Shown here: positions 9,354 to 18,735 of the stretch, piece after piece
Layout of the letters: every line of letters starts with the position of its first letter
How positions within the stretch are numbered: the first letter of the stretch is position 1
Assembly: GCA_043812495.1 (NCBI GenBank)
Contig: JBDRMG010000008.1
Span: forward strand, 1,516-65,515
Origin: Candidatus Omnitrophota bacterium
Lineage (GTDB): Bacteria; Omnitrophota; Gorgyraeia; Zapsychrales; JBDRMG01
Direction of reading: 5' to 3'
Length of the DNA: 64,000 nt
Translations under genes and position numbers: made by a program
The notes under the pieces: model-generated
Database searches by the model: none
What the model saw: only the letters and a program-made list of their open reading frames with translations
What the model was told of the DNA's origin: nothing

Positions 9354-9753
9354 GGGGGTGAAAAGGGTTCGACTTAGGTTCGACAGCGTATAAGTGGCAT
9401 GCGGAGGAAGCTTGGTAGGCCTCCTTAATCATCCAAGCACCAAATAAACGCAAAAGAAAACGCGTTATTACTAGCGAAAGCTAGCTCCATTGTTGAGCCT
9501 GTTTTCGCTGGCGAAACAGTCTCAGTTATTCGATAACTGAGCCCTCTTATCAGCAATGCCTGTGGGCTGATAAAAGGTCGCAAGCAGGCTGGTTTCGCCG
9601 GTTGCTTTCACTGGCGGAATAAGACTTAAGAAAGCTGGTCCTGACTACGTTTGTCTGTTTAGAAGGCCAGGATGAGATTCAAAAAATAGACTAAGCATGT
9701 AGAGGCTTATACACTGTAACCCAAGGACGCGAGTTCGATTCTCGCCACCTCCA
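9354..9753 (+). ncRNA. ssrA: tmRNA
   Basis: 5' GGGGGTGAAAAGGGTTCGAC, 3' T-arm GCGAGTTCGATTCTCGC plus CACCTCCA giving a G3-U Ala acceptor stem; ATAAAC|GCA resume motif at 9450; adjacent to smpB. Confidence 0.95.
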
Positions 9754-9905
9754 TTCTTCTTCGCTCAAATGTTTCGTCTCCCTTCGGTCGACTGCACGTT
9801 TGAGCTTCGAAGAATAAATTCTGCCGAAGAAGAATGCTCTACGAAGCCAAACGCGAAGGACCCCGATGATATATCGGGGACGAAGCATTTTGGCGTAGTA
9901 GAGCA
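9753..9905. repeat. Family B CTTCG-hairpin inverted doublet between tmRNA and the GIY-YIG gene
   Basis: ATTCTT-CTTCG-CTCAAA..TTTGAG-CTTCG-AAGAAT and inverted TGCTCTA-CGAAG-CCAAA..TTTGG-CGTAG-TAGAGCA. Confidence 0.8.
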
Positions 9906-9945
9906 CTATTCCTTTTCAATTCTTTCCATAAGACATAGTTACTTT

Positions 9946-10188
9946 ATGTTCATCGTCTACATCATCACAAGTTTAAAAGACCCTTCTAAACATTACGTTG
10001 GCTTTACGAAAGACTTAGATAGACGTCTTATAGCCCATAATGCTCGAAAATCACTCTTTTCTAGAAAGTACTCTCCCTGGAAGATCGAATCTTATATTAC
10101 CTTTACCGATGAGAGGAAAGCTATAGCATTTGAGAAGTACCTTAAGAAAGGCTCTGGCCACGCCTTCCTTACGAAACACCTTATCTAA
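9946..10188 (+). CDS. Small (80 aa) GIY-YIG nuclease (UPF0213/SLX1-like)
   Basis: VYII..HYVGFTKDLDRRLIAHN..PWKI..AIAFEKYLKKGSG; ATG 9946 preferred over 9769. Confidence 0.9.
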   Translation: MFIVYIITSLKDPSKHYVGFTKDLDRRLIAHNARKSLFSRKYSPWKIESYITFTDERKAIAFEKYLKKGSGHAFLTKHLI

Positions 10189-10395
10189 TCTACATCGCTC
10201 AAACAATTTGATTTCTATAAGGTTACAGCAAATTAATTTTAAGAAAATACATTCCACTTCCCTCCCTCTTCGCAAAAAAATCACACCCAGATTCTTAATT
10301 TTCGATATATAATTGAAGGAACTTTTTAGAACTAATATTGGTCTAAATATATAGATATCAAATTAAAAGTCTTATTTCCAAAGGATCCTCAGAAT

Positions 10396-13300
10396 ATGCT
10401 TGAGAAATTTGTACAATATTTTGTCAAACGCCATCTGGTGACCAATCTCATTTTTCTCACAGTCTTTGTCGGGGGAATTTTCTCTTGGCAACAGATCAAG
10501 AAAGAAGAGATGCCGGATGTGACCTTTGACCGGGTAAGTATTTCCGCAAGCTATCCGGGCGCAACCGCCGAAGAGGTCGAACATTTTGTCACCCGCCCTA
10601 TCGAAGAAGCCGTTGAAGGTTTAGACGGTGTGTACCGCGTCACCAGCTCCGCAAGCGAAGGCTCCACAAACGTATCCGTTGAAATCGAGCAGGATTACCC
10701 CAATAAGGACGAAGTTATTACGGAAATCCGTAATGCTGTGTTGGATGTGGATTTACCCGAAGATGTCCGCGATGATCCTTCTGTGCATGTTTTTAAAACC
10801 ACCAAAAGGGCCATTATTGACGTGGCTCTTATTCATACCGGCGTCCATCTTTTGGATGTAAAAACTCGTCAGACTCTGCAGGAATATGGTCATTCCCTTG
10901 AGAATCAATTAGTGAATTTGCCTCAGATCAATAGCGTTAATAGATCCGGATATCTCAAAGAAGAAATTCAAATCAAGGTTGATCCTCAAAAGTTGATCGA
11001 ATACGACATTCCCTTAAGCCAGGTGATCAATGAGGTCAAGAATAATCATGTGCGCCAACCGGCCGGAAATATTGAGGCCAAAAATGAACCCAAAGTCACT
11101 TTGAATGCTCAGTTAGATGACCGGGAGAAGCTTAACAATCTGATTATCCAGGCCGGTTTTGAAGGGATGGCCATTCCTCTCAAAGACATAGCGACTGTTG
11201 AGCGGGGATTTAACCAAAACAAAGAAATTATTAAAGTTGATGGCCATGAGGCGATTATATTCAATGTCGTTAAGAACAGTTCTTATGGTATTCTTGATTC
11301 GATTCATGCCGTTGACCAATTGACTCAACAATATGCGAAACAGCAATTGTCAGGTACCCCCATCAAGATTGTCGTCTTGGATGACGAATCCATTGATGTG
11401 CGCAACCGTTTATCCATCATTGCGTATAACGGCGGAATCGGATTTACCCTTATTCTTTTGACTTTGTTTATTTTTCTCGATAAACGCTCAGGGCTTTGGG
11501 TCGGAATGGGGATTCCTTTTACGATTTGTTTCACTTTGCTTGCCGCAACCATGATCGGGTATTCCATTAATAATATCACCCTTGCCGCGGTCATCATTGT
11601 CATGGGGATGGTTGTGGACGATGCGATTGTTGTGGCTGAAAATATTTCCCGCTTACGAGCGCAAGGAGTCAGTCCTTATGAAGCAACGGTGAAGGGAACA
11701 GCCCAGGTCTTTTTACCTATCGTCGCGAGTATTCTAACGACCTGTATTGCTTTTGTGCCGTTATTCTTCTTTTCGGGCCGGTTCGGCCAGCTCAATAAGT
11801 TTATTCCGACCATCATTTTTCTGATGCTGGGTGCAAGCCTTTTTGAATCTTTAGTTATTCTGCCCGGGCATATGCTCCTTGAGCTTCCCAAATTCAATAA
11901 CCATTTCAGGAAAAAAGAAGTAAGTCTACCAATATCCAAAGCCCATTGGTTCGAGGCCGTTGAAGAGCGCTATGGCCGCTTTTTGAGCCGTGTGTTGCCG
12001 CGTAAACATTTTGTTTTTCTGGCTTTTATTATTTTGCTTGTTGCCTGCGGTTTGATCGCCAAAGCGAAAATGAAATTTAGTATGTTTCCCAACGAGGAGA
12101 CCAGAGAAGTCAGCATTTCCGCTTACGCACCTGAACAGGCAGATCGTTATGAAACAGCAGACTTAACAAGAAAGATCGAAGACGTGATTCGTCCGTTTGT
12201 TGGAAAAGAAGTCGTCGGGATCCGAACGGAGATCGCCCGCAGCCGCCGGGGAGGGGCCGTTGAGGAAAACCGATTTCGTATGAGCGTAGAGATCGTTCCC
12301 AAAGAAAAACGCAGGAAATCCGCGGATCAACTCATTGCTCTATGGAAGAAAGACATCGACCAGATCGAAGGGCTTAATAAGTTAATCATCCAAAAAAGCC
12401 GATGGGGCCAATCGAGCGGTAGCGCCATAGAGATTATCGTTCAGGAAAACGACGATGCCTTGCGGGAGAAGGCCGCAGACACGCTGGCTTCTCTTATGAA
12501 AGAAAATCCAGCCCTGATCAATGTGGAGATTGAACGTCCGATCAAAATTCCGGAATATAAAATCAGCTTGAAACGCGAGAGAGTCAAGCGGTTATCCATC
12601 AGTCCATTGGATATTTCATCGGCCTTTCGCGCGAGCCTGGAAGGAAACGTTCTCTACGAAATACCCAAAGGTGATGAGGAAATCGACGTACGCTTAACCA
12701 TTATTGATGAGGCGAAAACGGATATAGAGAATATTCTGGATGTTCCTGTTGAAAACAGGAATGATTATCTTGTTCCCTTGCGTGATGTCGTTGACATCGA
12801 AGAGACACAGACGCCCAATGCAATTTCCAGGAGAGATGCCAAACGCACAACCGCTGTGTATGCCGATATCAATCCTAAAGCCAAAAAGACGCCGCTCGAG
12901 ATTGCGGTGACACTTGAGCGGGATGTTTTTCCCAAAGTCATTGCTAAGCAGCCGACGACCACGTTGTCATTCGGCGGCGAAATCCAGGATACCAGAGAAT
13001 CCGGGGGTGATTTTAAAAACGCGATCATTCTGGTTTTGTTTTTGATCTTTGCCGTTTTGGCGGTTCTCTTTAATTCTCTGTCGCGACCTTTGATTATCAT
13101 GCTCGCCATTCCTTTTGGCTTGGTCGGCGTGATTTTGGCGTTTTTGTTGCACGGAAAGCTTCTGTTTGGATTTTTTGCGGCCATCGGGGCCTTGGGGCTG
13201 GCGGGCGTTGTCATTAATGATTCCATTGTCATGATTGCCAAGTTGGATAAGGAATTGGCAAACCGGCAGGGCAGAATCTCAAACGAAGAGATCGCCGGTA

Positions 13301-13533
13301 TTGCTCAAACGCGTTTACGCGCGGTGATCTTGACGACCGTAACAACGGTTGTCGGTGTTTTGCCCACGGCTTATGGCTTGGCAGGGTATGATGCGATGCT
13401 CTCCGAAATGATGTTGGCCCTGGCGTGGGGGCTGACTTTTGGGACATTGATTACACTTTTGCTTGTTCCGTGCATCTACAGCTTCATGGAAGATATGCGG
13501 TTTAAAATTCGACAGGTGGTGAGCGCGATATGA
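10396..13533 (+). CDS. RND efflux permease (AcrB/AcrD/AcrF family)
   Basis: YPGATAEEVE, GMVVDDAIVVAENI, GVVINDSIV, RLRAVILTT; 1045 aa. Confidence 0.95.
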   Translation: MLEKFVQYFVKRHLVTNLIFLTVFVGGIFSWQQIKKEEMPDVTFDRVSISASYPGATAEEVEHFVTRPIEEAVEGLDGVYRVTSSASEGSTNVSVEIEQDYPNKDEVITEIRNAVLDVDLPEDVRDDPSVHVFKTTKRAIIDVALIHTGVHLLDVKTRQTLQEYGHSLENQLVNLPQINSVNRSGYLKEEIQIKVDPQKLIEYDIPLSQVINEVKNNHVRQPAGNIEAKNEPKVTLNAQLDDREKLNNLIIQAGFEGMAIPLKDIATVERGFNQNKEIIKVDGHEAIIFNVVKNSSYGILDSIHAVDQLTQQYAKQQLSGTPIKIVVLDDESIDVRNRLSIIAYNGGIGFTLILLTLFIFLDKRSGLWVGMGIPFTICFTLLAATMIGYSINNITLAAVIIVMGMVVDDAIVVAENISRLRAQGVSPYEATVKGTAQVFLPIVASILTTCIAFVPLFFFSGRFGQLNKFIPTIIFLMLGASLFESLVILPGHMLLELPKFNNHFRKKEVSLPISKAHWFEAVEERYGRFLSRVLPRKHFVFLAFIILLVACGLIAKAKMKFSMFPNEETREVSISAYAPEQADRYETADLTRKIEDVIRPFVGKEVVGIRTEIARSRRGGAVEENRFRMSVEIVPKEKRRKSADQLIALWKKDIDQIEGLNKLIIQKSRWGQSSGSAIEIIVQENDDALREKAADTLASLMKENPALINVEIERPIKIPEYKISLKRERVKRLSISPLDISSAFRASLEGNVLYEIPKGDEEIDVRLTIIDEAKTDIENILDVPVENRNDYLVPLRDVVDIEETQTPNAISRRDAKRTTAVYADINPKAKKTPLEIAVTLERDVFPKVIAKQPTTTLSFGGEIQDTRESGGDFKNAIILVLFLIFAVLAVLFNSLSRPLIIMLAIPFGLVGVILAFLLHGKLLFGFFAAIGALGLAGVVINDSIVMIAKLDKELANRQGRISNEEIAGIAQTRLRAVILTTVTTVVGVLPTAYGLAGYDAMLSEMMLALAWGLTFGTLITLLLVPCIYSFMEDMRFKIRQVVSAI

Positions 13534-14960
13534 AGAAACGGCCTCTTTTGCTAATTTTTCTTTGTGTTTTTGCGACAGCTAGCCTTGTTACTTACTCTTA
13601 TGTTTCTGCCCAAAATTCATCCGTACAACAAGAAAATGAAAAAAACCTATCTATCCAAGACTTCATTACCCTCGCGACAAAGAATGATACGGCATTTGAA
13701 GAAATTCTTATCGATGCCTTGAAGCTCAATTACCGCAAAGACCTAAACCTGCCGGCCCGTGATCTTGTTTTATCCGTTAAGGGGCAATATGATTTCTTTC
13801 TCAGCCAGGACAGGGAAGACCCGGCAGTCAGCGTATCGTTAAGCAAGCTTTTTCCCTTTACGGGAACGGAAGTCGAAACTTCTTATGGCCTTACTCCTTC
13901 GGCAAGCTCAGATTCAAGGACATCAGAATTTAACCTTCTCATTTCCCAGCCTATTGCCCAGAACGCCTTCGGGGCGGCCACGCGCCTTCAGGACAAAATT
14001 ATCGGCGTTGAAATCGATGTCATACGCTATCAAATCATAGAGGCTTATGAAGATTATTTGGCGACTTTGATTAATACTTATTACAACTGGTACTCGGCGT
14101 ATGAAAATTTAAAGATCAGCGAATCTTCCTATGAGCAAAATGAGAAACTGCTTGAGAATATGAACAAAAGGGCTGAAAGCAAGATTGCCCTGCCCGTTGA
14201 TGTCAATAAAGTCAAGCTGCTTGTTATCGGCAAGCAAGAAAATGTCATTGAGCTAGAAGAAGTTTATAAGAATTCGCTCAATCTTATTTACAAGGCTATT
14301 CGCTACGAAGGCGGTGATGAGCTGATTCCACAGGATCCGTCTGGCTTCCATTTATTTGACATTGATTTTGAGAACGATTACCAAAAGTTTAATCAAGGAA
14401 GCCGTACCTATGAAATCCTAAATCTATTAGAGAAGAAGAGCACTCTGGAAGTTAGCAAGAATGCCGACGGCTTGCTTGTCTCAACAAAACTTTTATTCGG
14501 CTATCAAGTCGAAGGCGATGAATGGCCGATCAAAAACGAAGACAATATGGTTTACGCAGGGATTTCCGTGGAATGGCCGTTTCCCGACCAAGTCGAACGG
14601 GCACAATACGAAACAGCAAAAATTGAACAAGACAAAAGACGTCTGACCAATCAAAACACCTACCTGGAGCTTTATACAACGCTTAAGAATATCCATTTAC
14701 AAATTCAAAGGGAAAAGGCCCTGATCAAGCTCGCCGATGAGAAAATCGGTTTGGCTGAAGCAGTTCTCAAAGACGAATCTCGGAACTATTCCTTTGGGAA
14801 GATTACGCTGAATGACTATATTGATGCCGTGAATAAGGTGGATACCAACAAATTCAATAAGATTCTCCATACCGTCCAGCTCAAGAAACTTCTTTTGGAA
14901 TGGCTTAGGCTAACCGATTCTCTTGTTGATAGAAGCATCCTCAAGAGCTCATCCCGTTAA
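13530..14960 (+). CDS. TolC-family outer membrane factor
   Basis: Signal peptide, twofold helical/beta repeat pattern, translationally coupled to the RND gene. Confidence 0.8.
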   Translation: MKKRPLLLIFLCVFATASLVTYSYVSAQNSSVQQENEKNLSIQDFITLATKNDTAFEEILIDALKLNYRKDLNLPARDLVLSVKGQYDFFLSQDREDPAVSVSLSKLFPFTGTEVETSYGLTPSASSDSRTSEFNLLISQPIAQNAFGAATRLQDKIIGVEIDVIRYQIIEAYEDYLATLINTYYNWYSAYENLKISESSYEQNEKLLENMNKRAESKIALPVDVNKVKLLVIGKQENVIELEEVYKNSLNLIYKAIRYEGGDELIPQDPSGFHLFDIDFENDYQKFNQGSRTYEILNLLEKKSTLEVSKNADGLLVSTKLLFGYQVEGDEWPIKNEDNMVYAGISVEWPFPDQVERAQYETAKIEQDKRRLTNQNTYLELYTTLKNIHLQIQREKALIKLADEKIGLAEAVLKDESRNYSFGKITLNDYIDAVNKVDTNKFNKILHTVQLKKLLLEWLRLTDSLVDRSILKSSSR

Positions 14961-15021
14961 AGAGAATTCCCTCCTTTAGCGATTCAATAAAAAGTTCTCT
15001 AAGAACGTTATAAGAAAAGAC

Positions 15022-15058
15022 TTGACAAATTCCTCAACTGAGACTATATTAGTCTCAG
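15022..15058 (+). promoter_or_regulatory. Sigma70 promoter with an overlapping palindromic operator (probable Rrf2 site)
   Basis: TTGACA-17-TATATT; perfect CTGAGACTA-TAT-TAGTCTCAG at 15038-15058. Confidence 0.8.
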
Positions 15059-15070
15059 AAAGGGGAAACA

Positions 15071-15529
15071 GTGGTGAAGCTTATAACCAAGAATACAGAT
15101 TATGCCATCCGGGCTCTTGTGGCGCTGGGTCAGGTGGGCGATGATTATATATCGGCGCGCGATCTTTCTCTTAAGCAGTCCATACCCTATGAATATTTGA
15201 GAAAAATCCTGCAGGTGCTTATTGGTGATGATTTGGTGGAATCTAAGGAAGGCGGAAGCGGCGGCTTCAAGCTGAATCCCAAGGCTCTCAAAATAAAAGT
15301 GACGGATGTCATGCGTATTTTCCAGGGCGATATTCAGCTTTCCGCATGTATGTTCAGAAAGAAATTATGCCCGCATCGCGATCAGTGCGCTCTGCGGGAC
15401 AATATTCAACAGATTGAACGCTCCGTAATCAGGCAATTCGGAAATTTAACCGTTGAGATCTTGATCCAACAAACAAAGAGGAAAGGCTATGAAAAGAAAA
15501 GTGATCAAAATCGACGAAGAAAAATGTAA
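15071..15529 (+). CDS. Rrf2-family transcriptional regulator
   Basis: TDYAIRAL, YLRKILQ.L, S.EGGSGGFKL, three C-terminal Cys (C-x6-C-x5-C). Confidence 0.92.
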   Translation: MVKLITKNTDYAIRALVALGQVGDDYISARDLSLKQSIPYEYLRKILQVLIGDDLVESKEGGSGGFKLNPKALKIKVTDVMRIFQGDIQLSACMFRKKLCPHRDQCALRDNIQQIERSVIRQFGNLTVEILIQQTKRKGYEKKSDQNRRRKM

Positions 15530-16205
15530 CGGGTGCGGCGAGTGCATACCCGATTGTCCGGAAGGGGCCTTAAAGATCGTCGACGGAAAAGTTAAACTCA
15601 TGAGCGAATCCCTCTGCGACGGACTCGGCGCTTGTGTGGGGCGGTGCCCGGTGGGCGCATTAACTATTGAAGAAAGAGACGCCGAGGAATTTGACGAAGA
15701 AAAGGCTCAGGACAATATGGAAAAAATGCACAGCGATCCCTCTCATCAGACGTCACAAGCCCATCAGGGTTGTCCCGGGATGATGGCTCGTCAGTGGCAG
15801 GACAACAAATCGCAAGCCACCGCTACCGTCCAAGGCGGTTCCGCGTTACGCCAGTGGCCGATTCAGCTGAAATTATTGAATCCGCACGCACCCTATTTTC
15901 AGGACGCGGAGTTAGTGATTGCGGCCGATTGCGTTCCGTTCAGTTTTGCCAATTTCCACGAACGGTTTCTCAAAGGTAAAATCTTAATCATTTTCTGCCC
16001 CAAGCTTGATTTTGCCCATGAGGAGTATGTCCAAAAATTAACGGAAATCATCAAAAGCAACAACATTAAATCCCTGACGACCGTCCATATGGAAGTTCCC
16101 TGTTGTAACGGCACAACGGTCTTGGCCGAAGAGGCCCTAAAAAGTTCCGGGAAAAACTTAATTCTCAAAGATTACACCATATCTCTTCAGGGGGAGATTA
16201 TCTAA
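15489..16205 (+). CDS. 4Fe-4S ferredoxin-domain protein associated with hcp
   Basis: [47 protein letters not shown]. Confidence 0.88.
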   Translation: MKRKVIKIDEEKCNGCGECIPDCPEGALKIVDGKVKLMSESLCDGLGACVGRCPVGALTIEERDAEEFDEEKAQDNMEKMHSDPSHQTSQAHQGCPGMMARQWQDNKSQATATVQGGSALRQWPIQLKLLNPHAPYFQDAELVIAADCVPFSFANFHERFLKGKILIIFCPKLDFAHEEYVQKLTEIIKSNNIKSLTTVHMEVPCCNGTTVLAEEALKSSGKNLILKDYTISLQGEII

Positions 16206-16215
16206 AGGAAATTCT

Positions 16216-17853
16216 ATGAGCATGTTTTGTAACCAATGCCAGGAAACAGCAAAGAATACAGGATGCACCGTCAAAGGAATATGCGGAAAGGATGAGCGTA
16301 CATCCAATTTGATGGATTTGCTCACTTTTACTCTAACGGGTTTATCGCTTTATGCGGAGGAATCCGAAAAGCCGTTAGACCGTAAGTATGGTATTTTTGT
16401 CACGCAAGCACTGTTTGCCTCAATCACCAATGTCAATTTTGACGAAGAGAGGATTATCGCACTTATCCAGAAATCGTTGTTTTTGAGGGAAGAGCTTAAA
16501 AATCAAATCCTATGGACTCATAAAAATGAGCTTCTCCCGCCAGCCACGTGGACTGCTAAGTCGAAAGACGAATTCTTAAAGAAAGCAAAAGAAGTCAGCC
16601 CTATGTCTTTTGATCAAGATGAAGATGCGCGCTCCTTAAAATCCTTAATTCTCTATGGCTTAAGAGGGATAGCCGCATATGCAGATCACGCGGCTATCCT
16701 TGGGTTTTATAATGACCAAATTTTCTCCTTTTTCTTTAAGGCCTTAGCTGCCTTGCCCAAAACAATTCCCATCGATGAATTAACGAAAATGGTCCTTGAA
16801 ACCGGGGATATTGCCGTTAAGGCCATGGCTCTTTTGGACGAAGCCAACACATCGACCTACGGCCACCCGGAAATCACAAAAGTCAATATCGGCGTGCGCA
16901 AAAATCCAGGAATACTAATTTCCGGTCATGACTTAAAAGATATGGAAGAGCTCTTGAAGCAGACCGAAGGAACGGGTGTGGATGTGTACACGCACAGCGA
17001 GATGCTTCCGGCCAATTATTATCCGGCCTTTAAAAAGTATAAACACTTTATAAGCAATTACGGAAGCTCATGGTGGAATCAAAACAAAGAATTTGAATCC
17101 TTCCATGGGCCGATTTTAATGACAACCAATTGTATTACACCGGTCAAAGAATCCTACAAGCATCGTATTTTCTCAACGGGAATGGCCGGTTATCCGGGCG
17201 TCAAACATATCCTTGATCGAGAGGACGGAAAACAAAAAGATTTCTCAGAAATCATTGCGCTGGCAAAGACTTGTCCACCGCCTCAAGAATTAGAACAGGG
17301 AGAAATCGTCGGAGGATTTGCCCATCATCAAGTTTTGCAATTGGCGGATGACATTGTTCGGGCCGTTCAATCGGGGGCTATTAAACGGTTTGTCGTCATG
17401 GCCGGTTGCGATGGCCGTCACGCAACGAGAAATTATTTTTCTGAGGTTGCTCAAGGATTGCCCAAAGATGCGGTGATTTTAACCGCAGGATGCGCCAAGT
17501 ATCGTTATAATAAACTTAATTTGGGACATATCAACGGTATCCCGAGGGTCCTGGACGCCGGACAATGCAATGATTCTTATTCCCTAGCCCTTATTGCTTT
17601 AAAATTAAAAGAAGTGTTTGGTGTTAACGATATTAATGAGTTACCCATTTCTTTTGATATTGCGTGGTATGAGCAAAAGGCGGTCTGCGTACTTTTGGCT
17701 TTGCTCTCGCTGGGTTTTAAAGGAATCCGATTGGGTCCGACATTACCGGCCTTTGTATCGCCAAATGTATTGAAGGTTTTAGTAGAAAAGTTTGACATAA
17801 AACCCATACATAATGCTCGAGAGGACGTCGAGGCTATAATGGCGGGACGTTAA
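16216..17853 (+). CDS. hcp: Hybrid cluster protein (hydroxylamine/NO reductase)
   Basis: [11 protein letters not shown]...GICGK, SGHDL, THSEMLP, GCDG, GQCND, WYEQKA. Confidence 0.97.
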   Translation: MSMFCNQCQETAKNTGCTVKGICGKDERTSNLMDLLTFTLTGLSLYAEESEKPLDRKYGIFVTQALFASITNVNFDEERIIALIQKSLFLREELKNQILWTHKNELLPPATWTAKSKDEFLKKAKEVSPMSFDQDEDARSLKSLILYGLRGIAAYADHAAILGFYNDQIFSFFFKALAALPKTIPIDELTKMVLETGDIAVKAMALLDEANTSTYGHPEITKVNIGVRKNPGILISGHDLKDMEELLKQTEGTGVDVYTHSEMLPANYYPAFKKYKHFISNYGSSWWNQNKEFESFHGPILMTTNCITPVKESYKHRIFSTGMAGYPGVKHILDREDGKQKDFSEIIALAKTCPPPQELEQGEIVGGFAHHQVLQLADDIVRAVQSGAIKRFVVMAGCDGRHATRNYFSEVAQGLPKDAVILTAGCAKYRYNKLNLGHINGIPRVLDAGQCNDSYSLALIALKLKEVFGVNDINELPISFDIAWYEQKAVCVLLALLSLGFKGIRLGPTLPAFVSPNVLKVLVEKFDIKPIHNAREDVEAIMAGR

Positions 17854-17932
17854 GTTTTTTTCTAAAGGAAGTTATCTGGCCGAAAGAGGCGGCCGTACAA
17901 GTACCCATAGGATCAAAACAACAAGGAGGTTA

Positions 17933-18397
17933 TTGATGAAACGGATTTTTATTATTGGTTTAGCTATTTTGTTTATTAGCGGTTTCCCTCCTTTTATCAT
18001 GGCACAGAATGATGACAGTCCAATGAAGGATCAGGGCATGATGATGGTCCCTATGACGAGCGGCGCAGGTATGATGGGTGAACAGGGCATGATGGGGCAG
18101 AAGAAGATAAAAGGAATGCACCCGATGGCCGGCATGATGATGAAGGCCATGACGGAAAAAACCCTTGTCCCAACCGAAGATGGAGGCGTTATCGTTTTAG
18201 TGGGCAATAAGTTAACGAAATATGACAAGAATCTTAATCTTGTCAAGGAAGTCGAAATAAAAGTCGATACCGAAGCCATGCGTCAGAATATGATGGATAT
18301 GATAAAAAACTGCCCCATGATGAAGGGCATGATGATGAATGAAAGCGCAACATCCGATCAGCCCGGTGATGAAGGGGCGCCGACAACCGGCAAATAA
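17933..18397 (+). CDS. Secreted methionine-rich hypothetical protein
   Basis: GGAGG RBS, signal peptide, many MM/GMM motifs and CPMM. Confidence 0.8.
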   Translation: MMKRIFIIGLAILFISGFPPFIMAQNDDSPMKDQGMMMVPMTSGAGMMGEQGMMGQKKIKGMHPMAGMMMKAMTEKTLVPTEDGGVIVLVGNKLTKYDKNLNLVKEVEIKVDTEAMRQNMMDMIKNCPMMKGMMMNESATSDQPGDEGAPTTGK

Positions 18398-18411
18398 TAA
18401 GAATTATAGCG

Positions 18412-18443
18412 ATCCCTGCCTGTGAACAGGCAGGGATTTTTTT
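18412..18443 (+). terminator. Rho-independent terminator
   Basis: ATCCCTGCCTGT-GA-ACAGGCAGGGAT followed by a T run. Confidence 0.85.
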
Positions 18444-18506
18444 ATTGGAAGTATGCAAAAAAGAAAGCTAGAATGATAGAAATATCTCAGCTGGAATTTT
18501 CGGATA

Positions 18507-18693
18507 TTATTCTACTTTGCATAAGCAATGAAAATGATGGTATATGTCCTTCTTCGTCCGCCATTGTTTCGTTGGCGGACTCCGAAGGATTCCTCCATAG
18601 CCTTGGCGAAGGAGAACTTCGTAGAATATTCTCGTTGGAGTAATTTTCCGAAGCCTATACCGTTGCTTGCTATTGGTAAGGCGAAGGAGAATA
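18507..18693. repeat. Family B doublet carrying a nested 70-bp doublet (18547-18616); homologous to 52930-53046
   Basis: Shares TTATTCTACTTTGCATAA, CTTCGTAGAATATTCTC, TCCGAAGCCT and GTAAGGCGAAGGAGAATA with the 52930 copy. Confidence 0.85.
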
Positions 18694-18735
18694 GGATAAG
18701 TTCAAGTAATCTATGCAGATCCATAAGGGGGTTTT

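Noticed and set aside
9192-9753. Permuted two-piece tmRNA
   Set aside because: The order is standard (5' acceptor, tag, T-arm, 3' acceptor); no 3' end precedes the second 5' end.
9093-9945. Short ORFs over ssrA and the 59-aa N-terminal extension of the GIY-YIG ORF
   Set aside because: They are translations of tmRNA and hairpin repeats; the GIY-YIG domain starts at 9946.
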